Part shown: piece by piece, positions 40,804 to 50,871 of the stretch
Layout of the letters: every line of letters starts with the position of its first letter
Position numbering within the stretch: the first letter of the stretch is position 1
Assembly: GCA_965205265.1 (NCBI GenBank)
Contig: CBDBGH010000003.1
Location: forward strand, 2,400,001 to 2,464,000
DNA: 64,000 nucleotides
Reading direction: 5' to 3'
DNA from: Alphaproteobacteria bacterium
Lineage (GTDB): Bacteria > Pseudomonadota > Alphaproteobacteria > Bin95
Position numbers and translations under genes: made by a program
The notes under the pieces: generated by a model
Told to the model about the DNA's origin: nothing
Seen by the model: only the letters and a program-made list of their open reading frames with translations
Databases searched by the model: none

Positions 40804-41862
40804 CTATCCCGAAGCTTCCGCCAGCTCCCAGGCGCGTTCGGCCATGAGCAGGCCGAGGCGGCCGACCTCCTCGGCATTGTCGGAGGCGGCGTTGCCGGCG
40901 AGGCCGCGGGCGCGCACGCCGTCCAGGATCGAGGCGAAGCGGAACATGGCGTGGACATTGTGGACCGGCGTCAGCCCGTCGGCGCGCCCGGCGGCGAGGC
41001 GGTAGGCCTCCACGAACTCGTCCTGCTCCGGAATGCCGAGCGCGCGCCGGTCGAGGTCGCGCACGCCCCAGTATTCGCCCGAGGTGGTGTTGAACAGGAT
41101 GCAGAGATAGGCGAGGTCGGAGAGCGGGTGTCCGAGCGTCGCGAGCTCCCAGTCGAACACGGCGACGACGCGGGGCTCCGAGGCATGGAACATGACATTG
41201 CCGACCCGGAAATCGCCGTGCGCAACGCGCGTCTCGTCGCCATCGGGCATGCGCGCCGGCAGCCAGTCCATCAGCCGGTACATCTCCGGGATCTCGCGCG
41301 TCGCCGTCTCGCGGTAATTGCGCGCCCAGCGGTTGAACTGGCGCTCGAAATAATTGCCGGGACGCCCGAAACCGCCGAGCCCGACCGCGTTCGGATCGAC
41401 CTTGTGCAGCGCCGCCAGCACCTCCGCCAGCGCGCGGTACATGACGCGCCGCTCCTCCGGCTCGACGCCGGGTATGGCGCTGTCGGTATAGACGCGGCCC
41501 CGCATCCGCTCCATGACATAGAAGGGCGTGCCGATCACGCTCTCGTCATCGCAATAGAGATACTGCGTTGCGACCGGCACGGGCGTGTCGGCCAGCGCCT
41601 TCTGCACCCGGTATTCCCGGTCCACGGCATGCGCCGAGGGCAGCAGCTCGCCGGGCGGCTTCTTGCGCAGCACATATTCGGCATTGGGCCAGGCGAGCAC
41701 GAAGGTCGGGTTGGACTGGCCGTAACCGAACTGGCGCACCCGGAGCCGGCCTTCCGTGTCCGGCAGCCGGTCCTTGAGCCAGGCGTCCAGCGCTGCCTCG
41801 TCGAAGCGGTGCGCCTCGCGCACATCGGCAAGGCGCGTGCCCTCCCCCGGATCGATCGCCAT
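40804..41862 (-). CDS. Aminoglycoside phosphotransferase-like protein (ACAD10/11 N-terminal type)
   Basis: GQSNPT, SAHAVDREY, HGDFRVGN, DWELATLGHP. Confidence 0.9.
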   Translation of the reverse strand: MAIDPGEGTRLADVREAHRFDEAALDAWLKDRLPDTEGRLRVRQFGYGQSNPTFVLAWPNAEYVLRKKPPGELLPSAHAVDREYRVQKALADTPVPVATQYLYCDDESVIGTPFYVMERMRGRVYTDSAIPGVEPEERRVMYRALAEVLAALHKVDPNAVGLGGFGRPGNYFERQFNRWARNYRETATREIPEMYRLMDWLPARMPDGDETRVAHGDFRVGNVMFHASEPRVVAVFDWELATLGHPLSDLAYLCILFNTTSGEYWGVRDLDRRALGIPEQDEFVEAYRLAAGRADGLTPVHNVHAMFRFASILDGVRARGLAGNAASDNAEEVGRLGLLMAERAWELAEASG

Positions 41863-41992
41863 GGCCGCCCGCTCCGTTCCGCTGCGCCGGCCACGATAGG
41901 CGGCGGCGGTCGCGCCCGCAACGCCGCCCCGCCCGGTCGCGCAGGCCGCGCGGATGGGGCATGATGGCGATTCGGGCAGGGAGGCAGAACCG

Positions 41993-42931
41993 ATGAAGAT
42001 TGCAGCGGCGCGCGACTTCCACGATCTGGTGGCGGAGAGGGCGGCGGCCATCCGCTCCGACATCGAATGGGCGCTCTCGGACGCGAGCGGCGGATGGACC
42101 GTTCCGCCCGAAGGCTCGGACGCCATCGTCTATGCGGGCACCGCCTACACGGACAGCTTCGTGGACGACATGCTCTCGATCACGCCGCCGAAATGGGCGC
42201 ATACGGAAGACGCCGGCATAGACGGGCGCTTCTATGACGGCATGCGCGCCAGCGGCGTGCCCGTGACGCACAGCCCCGGCGCCAACGCGCCGGAAGTGGC
42301 CGAGCTTGCCTTCGCCGGCCTCATGTGGGGGGCGAAGCGGCTCGGCGAATTGCGCGGCCAGCAGGAGGCCCACAAATGGGGCAAGCTCATGCTGCCGGGC
42401 TTGAGCGCCACGACCGTGCTCATCGTCGGGCTCGGCAATATCGGCGGCCTCGTCGCGCAATACGCCAAGGCGTTCGGCATGACGGTCCACGGCATCAGGC
42501 GCTCGCCCGAGCCGGTCCCCGGCGTGGACCGCCAGGGGACTATGGGCGACCTCGCGGCCTTCCTGCCGGACGCGGATTTCGTCGTGCTCGCGCTCCCGAT
42601 TTCGGACGACACGGCCGGCATGATCGACCGGGCGGCGCTTGCCGCCATGAAGGAGACGGCCGTGCTGGTCAATGTCGGCCGCGGCGCGCTGGTCGATATC
42701 GACGCGCTTCGCGACGCGCTCGGCTCGGGCGCCATCGCATCGGCCTTCCTGGACGTGCTGCCGGTCGAGCCCTGGCCCGCCGACAGCGACCTCTGGGACG
42801 TGCCGAACCTGTTCATCACGCCGCATAACGGCTCGCTCAGCCCCCTCTACGCCGTGCGCGTGGGCGAGATCTGGCTGGAGAACCTGAAGCGCTTCACCGC
42901 CGGCGAGCCGCTGCTGCACCGCGCGTTCTGA
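41993..42931 (+). CDS. D-2-hydroxyacid dehydrogenase family protein
   Basis: GLGNIG, NVGRG, LDVLPVEP, ITPH. Confidence 0.9.
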   Translation: MKIAAARDFHDLVAERAAAIRSDIEWALSDASGGWTVPPEGSDAIVYAGTAYTDSFVDDMLSITPPKWAHTEDAGIDGRFYDGMRASGVPVTHSPGANAPEVAELAFAGLMWGAKRLGELRGQQEAHKWGKLMLPGLSATTVLIVGLGNIGGLVAQYAKAFGMTVHGIRRSPEPVPGVDRQGTMGDLAAFLPDADFVVLALPISDDTAGMIDRAALAAMKETAVLVNVGRGALVDIDALRDALGSGAIASAFLDVLPVEPWPADSDLWDVPNLFITPHNGSLSPLYAVRVGEIWLENLKRFTAGEPLLHRAF

Positions 42932-42946
42932 AGACGGGCGCCCTCG

Positions 42947-43351
42947 CTACCAGAAGGGCGTTTCGCTGACCGTGGAGACGTGGGCGGCCACGACCTTCCA
43001 GCCGAGGTCCGGGAAACGCGCCCAGGTCTGGCTCTGCCGCCCGACCAGGTCCCGGCCGCGCACCTTGAACTCGAGGTTGACCACGGCCCAGTCGCGCCCG
43101 AGGGTCAGGATTTCGAGCCGCCGGCGCGCCTCCTTGATGCCCGGCCCCGGCGGGCGGGCGACGCGGTGGGCGTGGATCTCGTCGAAGCCGTAGCCGTTCT
43201 CGTGCAGCGCGTAGCGGATCGTGTGCGGGCTCTCCCAGAAGGTTGCGTCCAGCACCGCGACATCCTTCGCCTCGAGCGCGGCCTCATAGGCTTCGAAGCG
43301 GGCGCGGACTTCGGCAACCACTTCCGGGATATTGGGCGTCATGTCCGTCAT
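42947..43351 (-). CDS. AtzH/HpxZ-like (DUF3225) NTF2-fold protein
   Basis: EVRARFEAYEAAL, GRQSQTW, WKVVAAHVS; follows an amidase gene. Confidence 0.8.
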   Translation of the reverse strand: MTDMTPNIPEVVAEVRARFEAYEAALEAKDVAVLDATFWESPHTIRYALHENGYGFDEIHAHRVARPPGPGIKEARRRLEILTLGRDWAVVNLEFKVRGRDLVGRQSQTWARFPDLGWKVVAAHVSTVSETPFW

Positions 43352-44520
43352 CCGGTTCGCTCCATTGCAAGCGCCAGCGCGACGAGGCCAGCATCGGTTC
43401 CATGCCCGCCGACTATCGAAAGCCCGACCGGCAGGCCGTTCACGGTAGCGCCCGGGAGGCTGACCTGCGGCACGCCGGTGAGGCCGCCATGGCTCGCGAG
43501 CACGGAAATGCGGGTCCTCAACACTTCCTGCTCCGAGATCGACAGGCCCTTCGGCGGGGCCGGGAACGGCGTAGTCGGCAGGCAGAGCACCGCGCCCGGC
43601 GGCAGCAGATGCACCAGCCGCGCCCGCGCCTCCGCCCGGACCATCGACGCCCAGAGCCGGTCGGCCTCCGCGATGTCCGCGCCGCGCACGAGATTGCGCG
43701 CGACCGAATACGCCATGCGCGGATTGCGCAGGTCCAGCCAGTCGCGGAAAGTGAGCCAAGCTTCCCATGGTTGCAGCGTGCGCTGCGCCTTCGCCCAGGC
43801 GGAGAGGCCAGGCGGCGCCATCGTCACCTCCTCCGGGGCGCCCACGATCCGGCCGAGCCGTTCGACCGTCGGCCGGAGCGCCTCCGCCACCTCGTCGTCC
43901 GCAAAGCCGAAGGCATCGACGGCGACCAGCAGCCGGCTCGGCAGCGCCTCCGGGATCGCCTCCTGCAGCAGCACGGCCGAGACGCGCGCGAAGGTCCCGG
44001 CGTCCCGGGCGAACCAGCCCGCCGTGTCCGAGCCGGGCGCTTGGGCCATCATGCCCCGCAGGTCGAGCCGGCCCCAGCTCGGGCGGATGCCGTAAAGCCC
44101 GCAGAAACTCGACGGCACGCGCACCGAGCCGCCCGTGTCGGTGCCGAGCGCGGTGTCGCATATGCCGGCGGCGACGGCCGAGGCAGAGCCGGACGAGGAG
44201 CCGCCCGGCACCCGGCCCGGCGCAGCGGGATTGACGGGCGTGCCGTGGAAGGCGCTCTCGCCGAGTATGCCGAGCGAGACTTCGTCGGTGACCGTCTTGC
44301 CGATGAAGGCCGCGCCGGCGTCCAGCAGCGCCTCCACGGCCCAGGCGTGGCGTCCGGCCGGAACGTCGTTGCCCGGCCAGTCGGGATTGCCGCCGCCGGT
44401 CGGCAGGCCGGCCACGTCGAACAGGTCCTTGGCCGCGAAGGTCAGCCCGTCGAGCGGCCCGCCGGCGCGGCCCTCGATCCGGCGCTCCGTGCCCGGAACG
44501 AAGGCGCCGCCTTCCTCCAC
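43348..44520 (-). CDS. Amidase-signature family amidase
   Basis: KDLFD, PGGSSSGS, GTDTGGSVRVP. Confidence 0.92.
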   Translation of the reverse strand: MEEGGAFVPGTERRIEGRAGGPLDGLTFAAKDLFDVAGLPTGGGNPDWPGNDVPAGRHAWAVEALLDAGAAFIGKTVTDEVSLGILGESAFHGTPVNPAAPGRVPGGSSSGSASAVAAGICDTALGTDTGGSVRVPSSFCGLYGIRPSWGRLDLRGMMAQAPGSDTAGWFARDAGTFARVSAVLLQEAIPEALPSRLLVAVDAFGFADDEVAEALRPTVERLGRIVGAPEEVTMAPPGLSAWAKAQRTLQPWEAWLTFRDWLDLRNPRMAYSVARNLVRGADIAEADRLWASMVRAEARARLVHLLPPGAVLCLPTTPFPAPPKGLSISEQEVLRTRISVLASHGGLTGVPQVSLPGATVNGLPVGLSIVGGHGTDAGLVALALAMERTG

Positions 44521-44523
44521 CGC

Positions 44524-44907
44524 CTAGTCCCGCTCGATCAGCTGGTAGAGCACGCCGTGGCCGTCCGCCGGGTGGACGAAGACCATGCCGGTCGCTTCGA
44601 TCAGCCGCGCGCCGTTCTCCGCCATCTGCGCCTTTGCAGCCTCGAGGTCGTCCACGGCGAGCGCGACCAGATGCAGTCCTTCGCCGTTCTTTTCGAGGCT
44701 GCGGGCGATCGCGCCCTCGCCGAGCGGCTCGGCGAGCTCGATGAAGCGCCCGGAGTCACCCAGCGGCAGGATCGCGCGCCGGAGCCCCAGATGCGGCTCA
44801 TCCTCCGGCGGCGCTTCCGCCTTCAGGCCGAGCTTGGTTTCATAATCCTCGAGGCTCCGGTCCAGGTCCCTCACCCGGACGACGATATGGTCGATCCACT
44901 TGTGCAT
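44524..44907 (-). CDS. VOC family protein (methylmalonyl-CoA epimerase-like)
   Basis: IDHIVVRVRDL, GEGLHLVALAVDDL, FVHP..GHGVLYQL. Confidence 0.85.
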   Translation of the reverse strand: MHKWIDHIVVRVRDLDRSLEDYETKLGLKAEAPPEDEPHLGLRRAILPLGDSGRFIELAEPLGEGAIARSLEKNGEGLHLVALAVDDLEAAKAQMAENGARLIEATGMVFVHPADGHGVLYQLIERD

Positions 44908-45192
44908 GGCTTGCGCTTTCCTTCCTTTTCGCGTCCCGCGCCTTCCCGGCGCGGGCAGGGAACAACCCTCCGTGTGTCACGAAATGCCGGTTTTGTCATG
45001 GCCGGCGATGCGACAATCGGCACAGACCGGCCGACTTGAAGCGCGGAGGGCGGGCGGCTATATGCAGGGCATAATTATCTTCCGCGCCCATGACTGCATG
45101 GCCCCGACGCCGTTTACGGCGGAACGGGACGGGAGACTTACAGTCGCGGACAGACGAATGGACCGCGAAATCGAGGGAAGGAGAACCGCCCC

Positions 45193-45768
45193 ATGTCCGA
45201 CCAGAAGCGCCTTTCCGGCATGACCGTCGCCGTGCTCGTCGCCAACGGCTTCGAGGAAATCGTCATGACCGACACCCAGAAGGCGCTGGCTGCCGAGGGC
45301 GCCGCGATCCGCATCGTCAGCCATGAAATCGGGCTGGCCAACGGCTGGCATGAGGGGACCTGGGGTCACAATTTCTACATCGACACCCGCATTACGGACG
45401 CGCTGCCGAGCGACTTCGACGGCCTGCTGGTGCCGGGCGGGGAGCGCAGCATCGCCGCGCTCAGGGAGAACGCCCATGCCCGCCGCGTGGTCAAGGGCAT
45501 GATGGAAGCCGGCAAGCTCGTCGCCATTGTGGGCGATGCGGTGGAAATGCTGGTTGCGGCGGAAGCCGCGCGGTGCCGCAAGGTGACGGGGGTCGAAACG
45601 TCCCGTGCGCGCGTCGAGGCGATGGGCGCCGTCTGGTCCGAGGCGCCGCTCACCGTGGACGGCAATCTGGTCACCGCCGCGGGTTCGGACGAGCTGGAGG
45701 GCCTGATCGCCGCGGTGATCGACAGCCTCGTCGCCGCGCCGGAAGGCGAGCGCCAGCAGGCCGCCTGA
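45193..45768 (+). CDS. DJ-1/PfpI family protein, apparently lacking the catalytic Cys
   Basis: VAVLVANGFEE, FDGLLVPGG, VDGNLVT. Confidence 0.8.
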   Translation: MSDQKRLSGMTVAVLVANGFEEIVMTDTQKALAAEGAAIRIVSHEIGLANGWHEGTWGHNFYIDTRITDALPSDFDGLLVPGGERSIAALRENAHARRVVKGMMEAGKLVAIVGDAVEMLVAAEAARCRKVTGVETSRARVEAMGAVWSEAPLTVDGNLVTAAGSDELEGLIAAVIDSLVAAPEGERQQAA

Positions 45769-45805
45769 CCCCGCAACACAGGAAACGGAGCGCCGCCGAC
45801 GGCGT

Positions 45806-46273
45806 TCAGAACACGCCCGCTTCGAGCCCGGCGGCGAGCGTCATGCCGAGCTCCTCGCAGTCGGCGGCGAACGCCTCCCGCCATTCCCCCCGGCATAGCA
45901 CCGGCTCGGCCACAGCGCGCCAGCGCAGGCCCGTCGTGATCGTCTCGATGGCCCGCCTCGTGCCGGTGCCGTCATGGCCCGCGCGGATATAGAAGCCGAA
46001 GGGGCGGCCCTGGGTCTCCTCCAGGCAGGGATAGTAGATGCGGTCGAAGAAGTCCTTCAACGCGCCGCTCATATAGCCGAGGTTTTCCGTCGTCCCGAGC
46101 AGCAGCGCATGCGCCGCGAGCACATGGTCCGGCGTCGCGTCGAAGGGGCTCAGCACTTCCGTCTCGACGCCCTCGATATCGGGATGGCGCGCGCCGGCCA
46201 CCGCGGCGTCCCGCAGCCGGAGCGTATTCGGCGAGGGCGCGTGGGCGACGATCAGCAGGCGGCGGCCGGACAT
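45806..46273 (-). CDS. Flavodoxin-like protein
   Basis: GTTENLGYMSGALKDFFDRIYYP. Confidence 0.85.
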   Translation of the reverse strand: MSGRRLLIVAHAPSPNTLRLRDAAVAGARHPDIEGVETEVLSPFDATPDHVLAAHALLLGTTENLGYMSGALKDFFDRIYYPCLEETQGRPFGFYIRAGHDGTGTRRAIETITTGLRWRAVAEPVLCRGEWREAFAADCEELGMTLAAGLEAGVF

Positions 46274-47343
46274 GCCTGCTCCAGCAGGAAGGGCGCGCCC
46301 GAGCCGGCCGCGACGGCGCGGATTTCCTCGAACAATGTGTCGGTCATCGGGATGCCGGTCCCGAGCCGCTCGCGGCGCGCCTCATGCTCGGGGTCGCCCG
46401 GCACCAGCACCGGCCGGGCCGGGTCCGCCGGCGGCGTCGCCCGCAGCTCCGCCGTCAGCGCGCCCAGATCGTCGGGGAAACGGGCATTGAAGAAAGCGGG
46501 GTCGAGCGCAAGGAAGAAATGGCCAACCTCGATGAACCGGCCGGGCTCGCCCGTCGCGAGGTCGATTCCGCCCACATTCGCGCCGCCGAGCACGCTGGCG
46601 AGGATGTCCACCATCACCGCCAGGCCGTAGCCCTTGTGGCTGCCGAGCGTGCGGGTGCCGCCGAGCGGCGTCAGGCGCTTCGGCTTTGCATCGAAGGCGG
46701 CGGCCGCATCGGTCTCGGGCCGGCCGTCCGGGCGCACGGCCCAGCCTTCCGGCAAGGGTTTGCCCGCCCGGCGCGCGATGTTGACCTTGCCGACCGCAAC
46801 GGTGCTGGTCGCCATGTCGAGCAAGAACGGGTCGCCCTCGGCCGGGCGCGCGGCAAACGCGATGGGATTGGTGGAGAAGCGCGGCTCGCGGGCGCCGGTC
46901 GGCACCACGGAACGCTGCGTCGTGCCGGTGCAGGCGAAGCCGATGAGGCCGCGCTCCGCAGCGATGGTGGAATAGACGCCGGCCGCGCCGAAATGGTTGG
47001 AGTGGACGACGACCGAGACGCCAAGACCGGCCAGGGCCGCCTTGTCGCAGGCCCGCTCCATGGCGAAGCGCGCGGGCGGATGGCCGATGCCGTGGCCCGC
47101 GTCTACAAGGGTCAGAACGGGCCCCTCGCGGAGCGTGCGGACCTCCGCCAGCGGGTCGATCCTGCCGTCGCGCCGGCGCTGGTCGTAGGTCGGCAGCATG
47201 CCGACGCCATGGCTGTCTATGCCGCGAAGATCGGCCTCGACCATCAGCGCCACGGCGGTCTCGACAGGCTCCGGGCGCATGCCCCAGGCGAGAAACACCG
47301 CCCGTATTTGCGCCGCCAGCAGGGTGTGCGGGACCGTAATCAT
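46252..47343 (-). CDS. Ldh_2 family oxidoreductase (paralog 1)
   Basis: GIDSHG, SNHFG, TNPIAF, LDMATS, HKGYGL. Confidence 0.9.
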   Translation of the reverse strand: MITVPHTLLAAQIRAVFLAWGMRPEPVETAVALMVEADLRGIDSHGVGMLPTYDQRRRDGRIDPLAEVRTLREGPVLTLVDAGHGIGHPPARFAMERACDKAALAGLGVSVVVHSNHFGAAGVYSTIAAERGLIGFACTGTTQRSVVPTGAREPRFSTNPIAFAARPAEGDPFLLDMATSTVAVGKVNIARRAGKPLPEGWAVRPDGRPETDAAAAFDAKPKRLTPLGGTRTLGSHKGYGLAVMVDILASVLGGANVGGIDLATGEPGRFIEVGHFFLALDPAFFNARFPDDLGALTAELRATPPADPARPVLVPGDPEHEARRERLGTGIPMTDTLFEEIRAVAAGSGAPFLLEQACPAAAC

Positions 47344-47398
47344 GCGCGCTCCGGCAGCAACGGAGGGCCAAGGCGATGGCGTGGATGCAAGCCCGCCG

Positions 47399-47758
47399 CT
47401 ACCGGGTCTGTTGCGCCAGAATCAAGTCAATCTTGCGGTGCAGTTCGGATTGGCCGGTCTCCAGCCTCGCCACGCCGTCCTCAAGCCTCTCCACACTGGC
47501 TTCCACTTTCTCCAGCCGCGCGTCCATGGCTGCCAAATTCGTCTGCAGCACCGCGATAGCGACGCCGTTTTCATGGATTGCCTCCCGGTTGGCCTGCGTC
47601 TCGAGCGCGATCCAGCCTACCAGCGCCAGAAAGGCCACGACGAGCGCGACGGCCATCGGGTTGCGGGTAAGGTCGCCGCCGCCCGACTTCGCCAGCAGCC
47701 GGCGAAGGGCCTGCCTTTCCTCAGCGGTAAAAGGGGCGCCGGTCGATTCCGCAGCCAT
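47399..47758 (-). CDS. Hypothetical single-TM coiled-coil protein
   Basis: MAAESTGAPFTAEERQAL...VALVVAFLALVGWI...RLEKVEASVERLEDGVARLE. Confidence 0.6.
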   Translation of the reverse strand: MAAESTGAPFTAEERQALRRLLAKSGGGDLTRNPMAVALVVAFLALVGWIALETQANREAIHENGVAIAVLQTNLAAMDARLEKVEASVERLEDGVARLETGQSELHRKIDLILAQQTR

Positions 47759-47808
47759 CCGTTCCATCCTTGTCGATCCGTCGAGACTACAGGCCGGTCG
47801 CTTGCCTG

Positions 47809-48840
47809 TCAGCCCTCCAGCAGGAAGGGCGCGCCGGCGCGCCGGCAGACGTCGCGCAGCTCCTCGAAGAGCGTGTCCGTCATCGGGATGCCGTTCGCCT
47901 TGCGCGCGGCATGGGCGGCGTATTCCGGGTCGCCCGCCACCATGACCGGCTCTGCCGGGTCGGCGGGCGGCGTCGCGCGCAGCATGGCGAGCAGCCGGTC
48001 CATGTCGGTCTGGAACGCGCCCTCCTCCCGCAGATGCGAGGGATCGACGGCGAAGAAGAAATGCCCCGTCTCGCGACCGAGGCAGCCGGAGAGCGTCGCG
48101 CACAAGATCTCCACCATGGCGCCGAGCCCGTAGCCCTTGTGGCCGCCGAGTTCGCGCGTGCCGCCGAGCGGCGTCAACAGCCCGACATCGTGCCCGTGCG
48201 GGGCATCCGTAATCGGTGCGCCGGTCCGGTCCACCATCCAGCCTTCCGGGATCGCCTTGCCGGCGCGCCTCGCAATCGAGACCTTGCCGAAGGCGACTGT
48301 GCTGGTCGCCATGTCCAGCGCGAAGGGCCGGTTCGCCCGGGCCGGGGCGGCGAAGCCGATGGGGTTGGTGCCGAGCGCGGCGTCGGCGCCGAACATGGGC
48401 GCCACCTGCTTGGTCGGCGCATTGGTGAGCGAGAGGCCGACCAGCCCCTCTTCCGCCGCCATCCCGGAATAGTAGCCGGCCGCGCCGTAATGGTTGGAGT
48501 TGCGCACCGCGACCGCCGCCGCGCCGGCTTCGCGCGCCTTGTCCATCGCGGTCCGCATGGCGAGCACAGCGGGCGGGTGGCCGAGGCTCCGCCCGGCGTC
48601 GATGAGCGCCAGCGCGCCCGTCTCGCGCTCGATGCGGATGTCGGGCTTCGGCTCGATGCGGCCCTCCTCCTTCGCCTTCTGGTACCAGGGCAGCATGCCG
48701 ACGCCGTGGCTGTCGATGCCGGCCAGGTCGGTCTCGACCATGACATGAACGGTCGTCTCGATATGGTCCGGCGCCATGCCCCAGGCCTCGAAGACCGCGG
48801 CGATCTGGCGGCGAAGCAAAGCGTCGTCGATGGTGTGCAT
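47809..48840 (-). CDS. Ldh_2 family oxidoreductase (paralog 2)
   Basis: GIDSHG, SNHYG, GTNPIGF, LDMATS, HKGYGL. Confidence 0.9.
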   Translation of the reverse strand: MHTIDDALLRRQIAAVFEAWGMAPDHIETTVHVMVETDLAGIDSHGVGMLPWYQKAKEEGRIEPKPDIRIERETGALALIDAGRSLGHPPAVLAMRTAMDKAREAGAAAVAVRNSNHYGAAGYYSGMAAEEGLVGLSLTNAPTKQVAPMFGADAALGTNPIGFAAPARANRPFALDMATSTVAFGKVSIARRAGKAIPEGWMVDRTGAPITDAPHGHDVGLLTPLGGTRELGGHKGYGLGAMVEILCATLSGCLGRETGHFFFAVDPSHLREEGAFQTDMDRLLAMLRATPPADPAEPVMVAGDPEYAAHAARKANGIPMTDTLFEELRDVCRRAGAPFLLEG

Positions 48841-48892
48841 GGCGTCTCCCCCCGCTCCGGCGCATGATAAGCCCGCCGGGGGAGGAAGCGCG

Positions 48893-49342
48893 ATGGCCGA
48901 TTTCGATATGCCCGCCGAGGATGTGGAGGCGATCCGGGCCTGGTTCGACGACTGGGGTGCGGAGGTGGCGCGGCGGGACTTCGCCTCCGCGCGGCGGCGC
49001 TTCGACCCGGATGTGCTCGGTTTCGGCACCTGGATGGACCATGTCGAGGGGCTGGAGGCGCTGGAGGCGCGCCAATGGCGCAGCATCTGGCCGGGTATCG
49101 AGGATTTCGAGCACCGGACGGAAGGCCTGCGCTGCATGGTGTCGCCGGACCGGACGATGGCCTTCGGAATGACGGTGTGGACCTCGACCGGCTTCCACGA
49201 AGACGGGACCGCCTACGACCGGCCGGGCCGGACGACGGCGGTCTTCACGCGCGAGAAGCCCGGCGACCCGTGGCGCTGCGTGCACACCCATGTTTCGCTG
49301 TTCCGGGATGTGCCGCAACGCTCCTGGGGCCGCCGGGGCTGA
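48893..49342 (+). CDS. SnoaL/NTF2-like protein
   Basis: RPGRTT...WRCVHTHVSL; GGAGG RBS. Confidence 0.8.
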   Translation: MADFDMPAEDVEAIRAWFDDWGAEVARRDFASARRRFDPDVLGFGTWMDHVEGLEALEARQWRSIWPGIEDFEHRTEGLRCMVSPDRTMAFGMTVWTSTGFHEDGTAYDRPGRTTAVFTREKPGDPWRCVHTHVSLFRDVPQRSWGRRG

Positions 49343-50768
49343 AGGCGGGCCGCGGCGGCAAGCGGGGTCCGGACGCCGCCGGGCGATGCCGCCCCCGGCA
49401 TTGCGTATCCGTGGCCGGCGGCGGGTTCCAGACGCGGCCGAAAAGGGATGCGGCGACCCCGGCGCCGAAGCAGAACTGGCCGGCGGCGACACAGGCGAAC
49501 AGGGCCGCCGGGCCGCTGCCGAACCACAGCACGGCAACCGCCCCGCCGCCTCCGGCAACGATCAGCCGAATCGCCCCGGCGGTCACCGGCAAAGCCATGC
49601 TGCCGGTGCCCTGGGAGGCGAAGTAGAGGGCCATGCCGAGGCCGAACAGGCCGTAGAAGGGTGCTGCAATCCGTAGATATTGCGCGCCGAATGCGATGAT
49701 CGCAGCGTCCGAGGTGAACCGGTCGAGCCACAGGGACGGCCAGAGCGCCGCGGCCAGGCCGACCGCGCCGGCCGCGCCGCCGACGATCAGGCCGCCGGTC
49801 CAGGCGATGCGCCGCGCCCGGCCGATCTGCCGCGCGCCGAAATTCGCCCCGGTTGTGGCCGTCAACGCCATTCCCACGCCGGCGGACAGCGGGACGATCA
49901 GCAGTTCGAGCCGGCTGCCCAGCCCGTAACCGGCGAGAGCCCCGACGCCGAACTCGGCCGCCAGCCGGGTGACGATCAGGACGGTTCCGATGGTCATGAC
50001 GGTGTTGCCGCAGGCCGGCAGGCCGACCTTCAGGATATCGCGAAACAGGTCGGCGCTCAGGCTCCAGCCGGTCCGCAGCTGCGCGCCGCGCCCGCCGCGG
50101 GCCAGGTTCAGGGCGAGCATGAGCGCGATCAGGCCGTAGATCGCGGTGACCGACACCGCCGGGCCGACCGTTCCGAGCCGGGGCAGCGGCCCCCAGCCCA
50201 AGGTAAGCCCGCCGCTGAGCCCGACATGGAGCAGCGCTCCGACGCCGATCCACCGCGCGGGGGTAGCCATGTCGCCCGTCGCCCGGATCGCTGCCGCGAA
50301 CAGGTTGGCGAGCCACATGAAGATGCCGCCGGCAAACAGGATAACGGCATAATCGACGGCGCCGTCCAGCACGGCTCCCCGGCCGCCGAGGCCGGCGAAG
50401 ACCGGCCCGGCGAACAGGCCGAATGCCGCGAAATAGATGAACGCCATGACGATGGCGATAACGATGCCGTGGCGGACCAGGGCGTCGGCCCGGGCGGCGT
50501 CCCCGGCGCCGAGCGCGCGGGCGACCGCGGAGGAAACCGCGCCGCCCATCGCGCCGGCCGACATCATCTGCATCATGGCCTGAACTGGGAAGACCAGGGC
50601 GATCGACGCCAATGGCAGGGCCCCGAGCCGGCCGATATACCAGGCGTCGGCGATCCAGATCGCGGTGAGGGAGAAGGCGGTTGCAACGTTGGGCGCCGAC
50701 AGCTTCGCCAGCATCGGCGCGACCGGGCCGCCGAGCATGGCGGCGAAGCGGTTGTCGGGCTTCGTCAT
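49245..50768 (-). CDS. MATE family efflux transporter
   Basis: About 12 TM segments, SAGAMGGAVSSAVARALGAG, ALAGYGLGSRLE. Confidence 0.88.
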   Translation of the reverse strand: MTKPDNRFAAMLGGPVAPMLAKLSAPNVATAFSLTAIWIADAWYIGRLGALPLASIALVFPVQAMMQMMSAGAMGGAVSSAVARALGAGDAARADALVRHGIVIAIVMAFIYFAAFGLFAGPVFAGLGGRGAVLDGAVDYAVILFAGGIFMWLANLFAAAIRATGDMATPARWIGVGALLHVGLSGGLTLGWGPLPRLGTVGPAVSVTAIYGLIALMLALNLARGGRGAQLRTGWSLSADLFRDILKVGLPACGNTVMTIGTVLIVTRLAAEFGVGALAGYGLGSRLELLIVPLSAGVGMALTATTGANFGARQIGRARRIAWTGGLIVGGAAGAVGLAAALWPSLWLDRFTSDAAIIAFGAQYLRIAAPFYGLFGLGMALYFASQGTGSMALPVTAGAIRLIVAGGGGAVAVLWFGSGPAALFACVAAGQFCFGAGVAASLFGRVWNPPPATDTQCRGRHRPAASGPRLPPRPAFSPGGPRSVAAHPGTAKHGCARSATGRRASRA

Positions 50769-50871
50769 GGCGGACACACGGTTGTTACGGTGAGGGCGGT
50801 TGTCGGGCCGCCGGCAGGCGCGGCGCTCGGTCGGGGAGGGACGAGCGCCGCGCCGGGAAGGAGGGATACCG

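Noticed and set aside
49245-49342. Convergent 98-bp overlap of the MATE and NTF2-like genes as an antisense system
   Set aside because: The MATE tail is low-complexity and most simply reflects a late stop codon in GC-rich DNA
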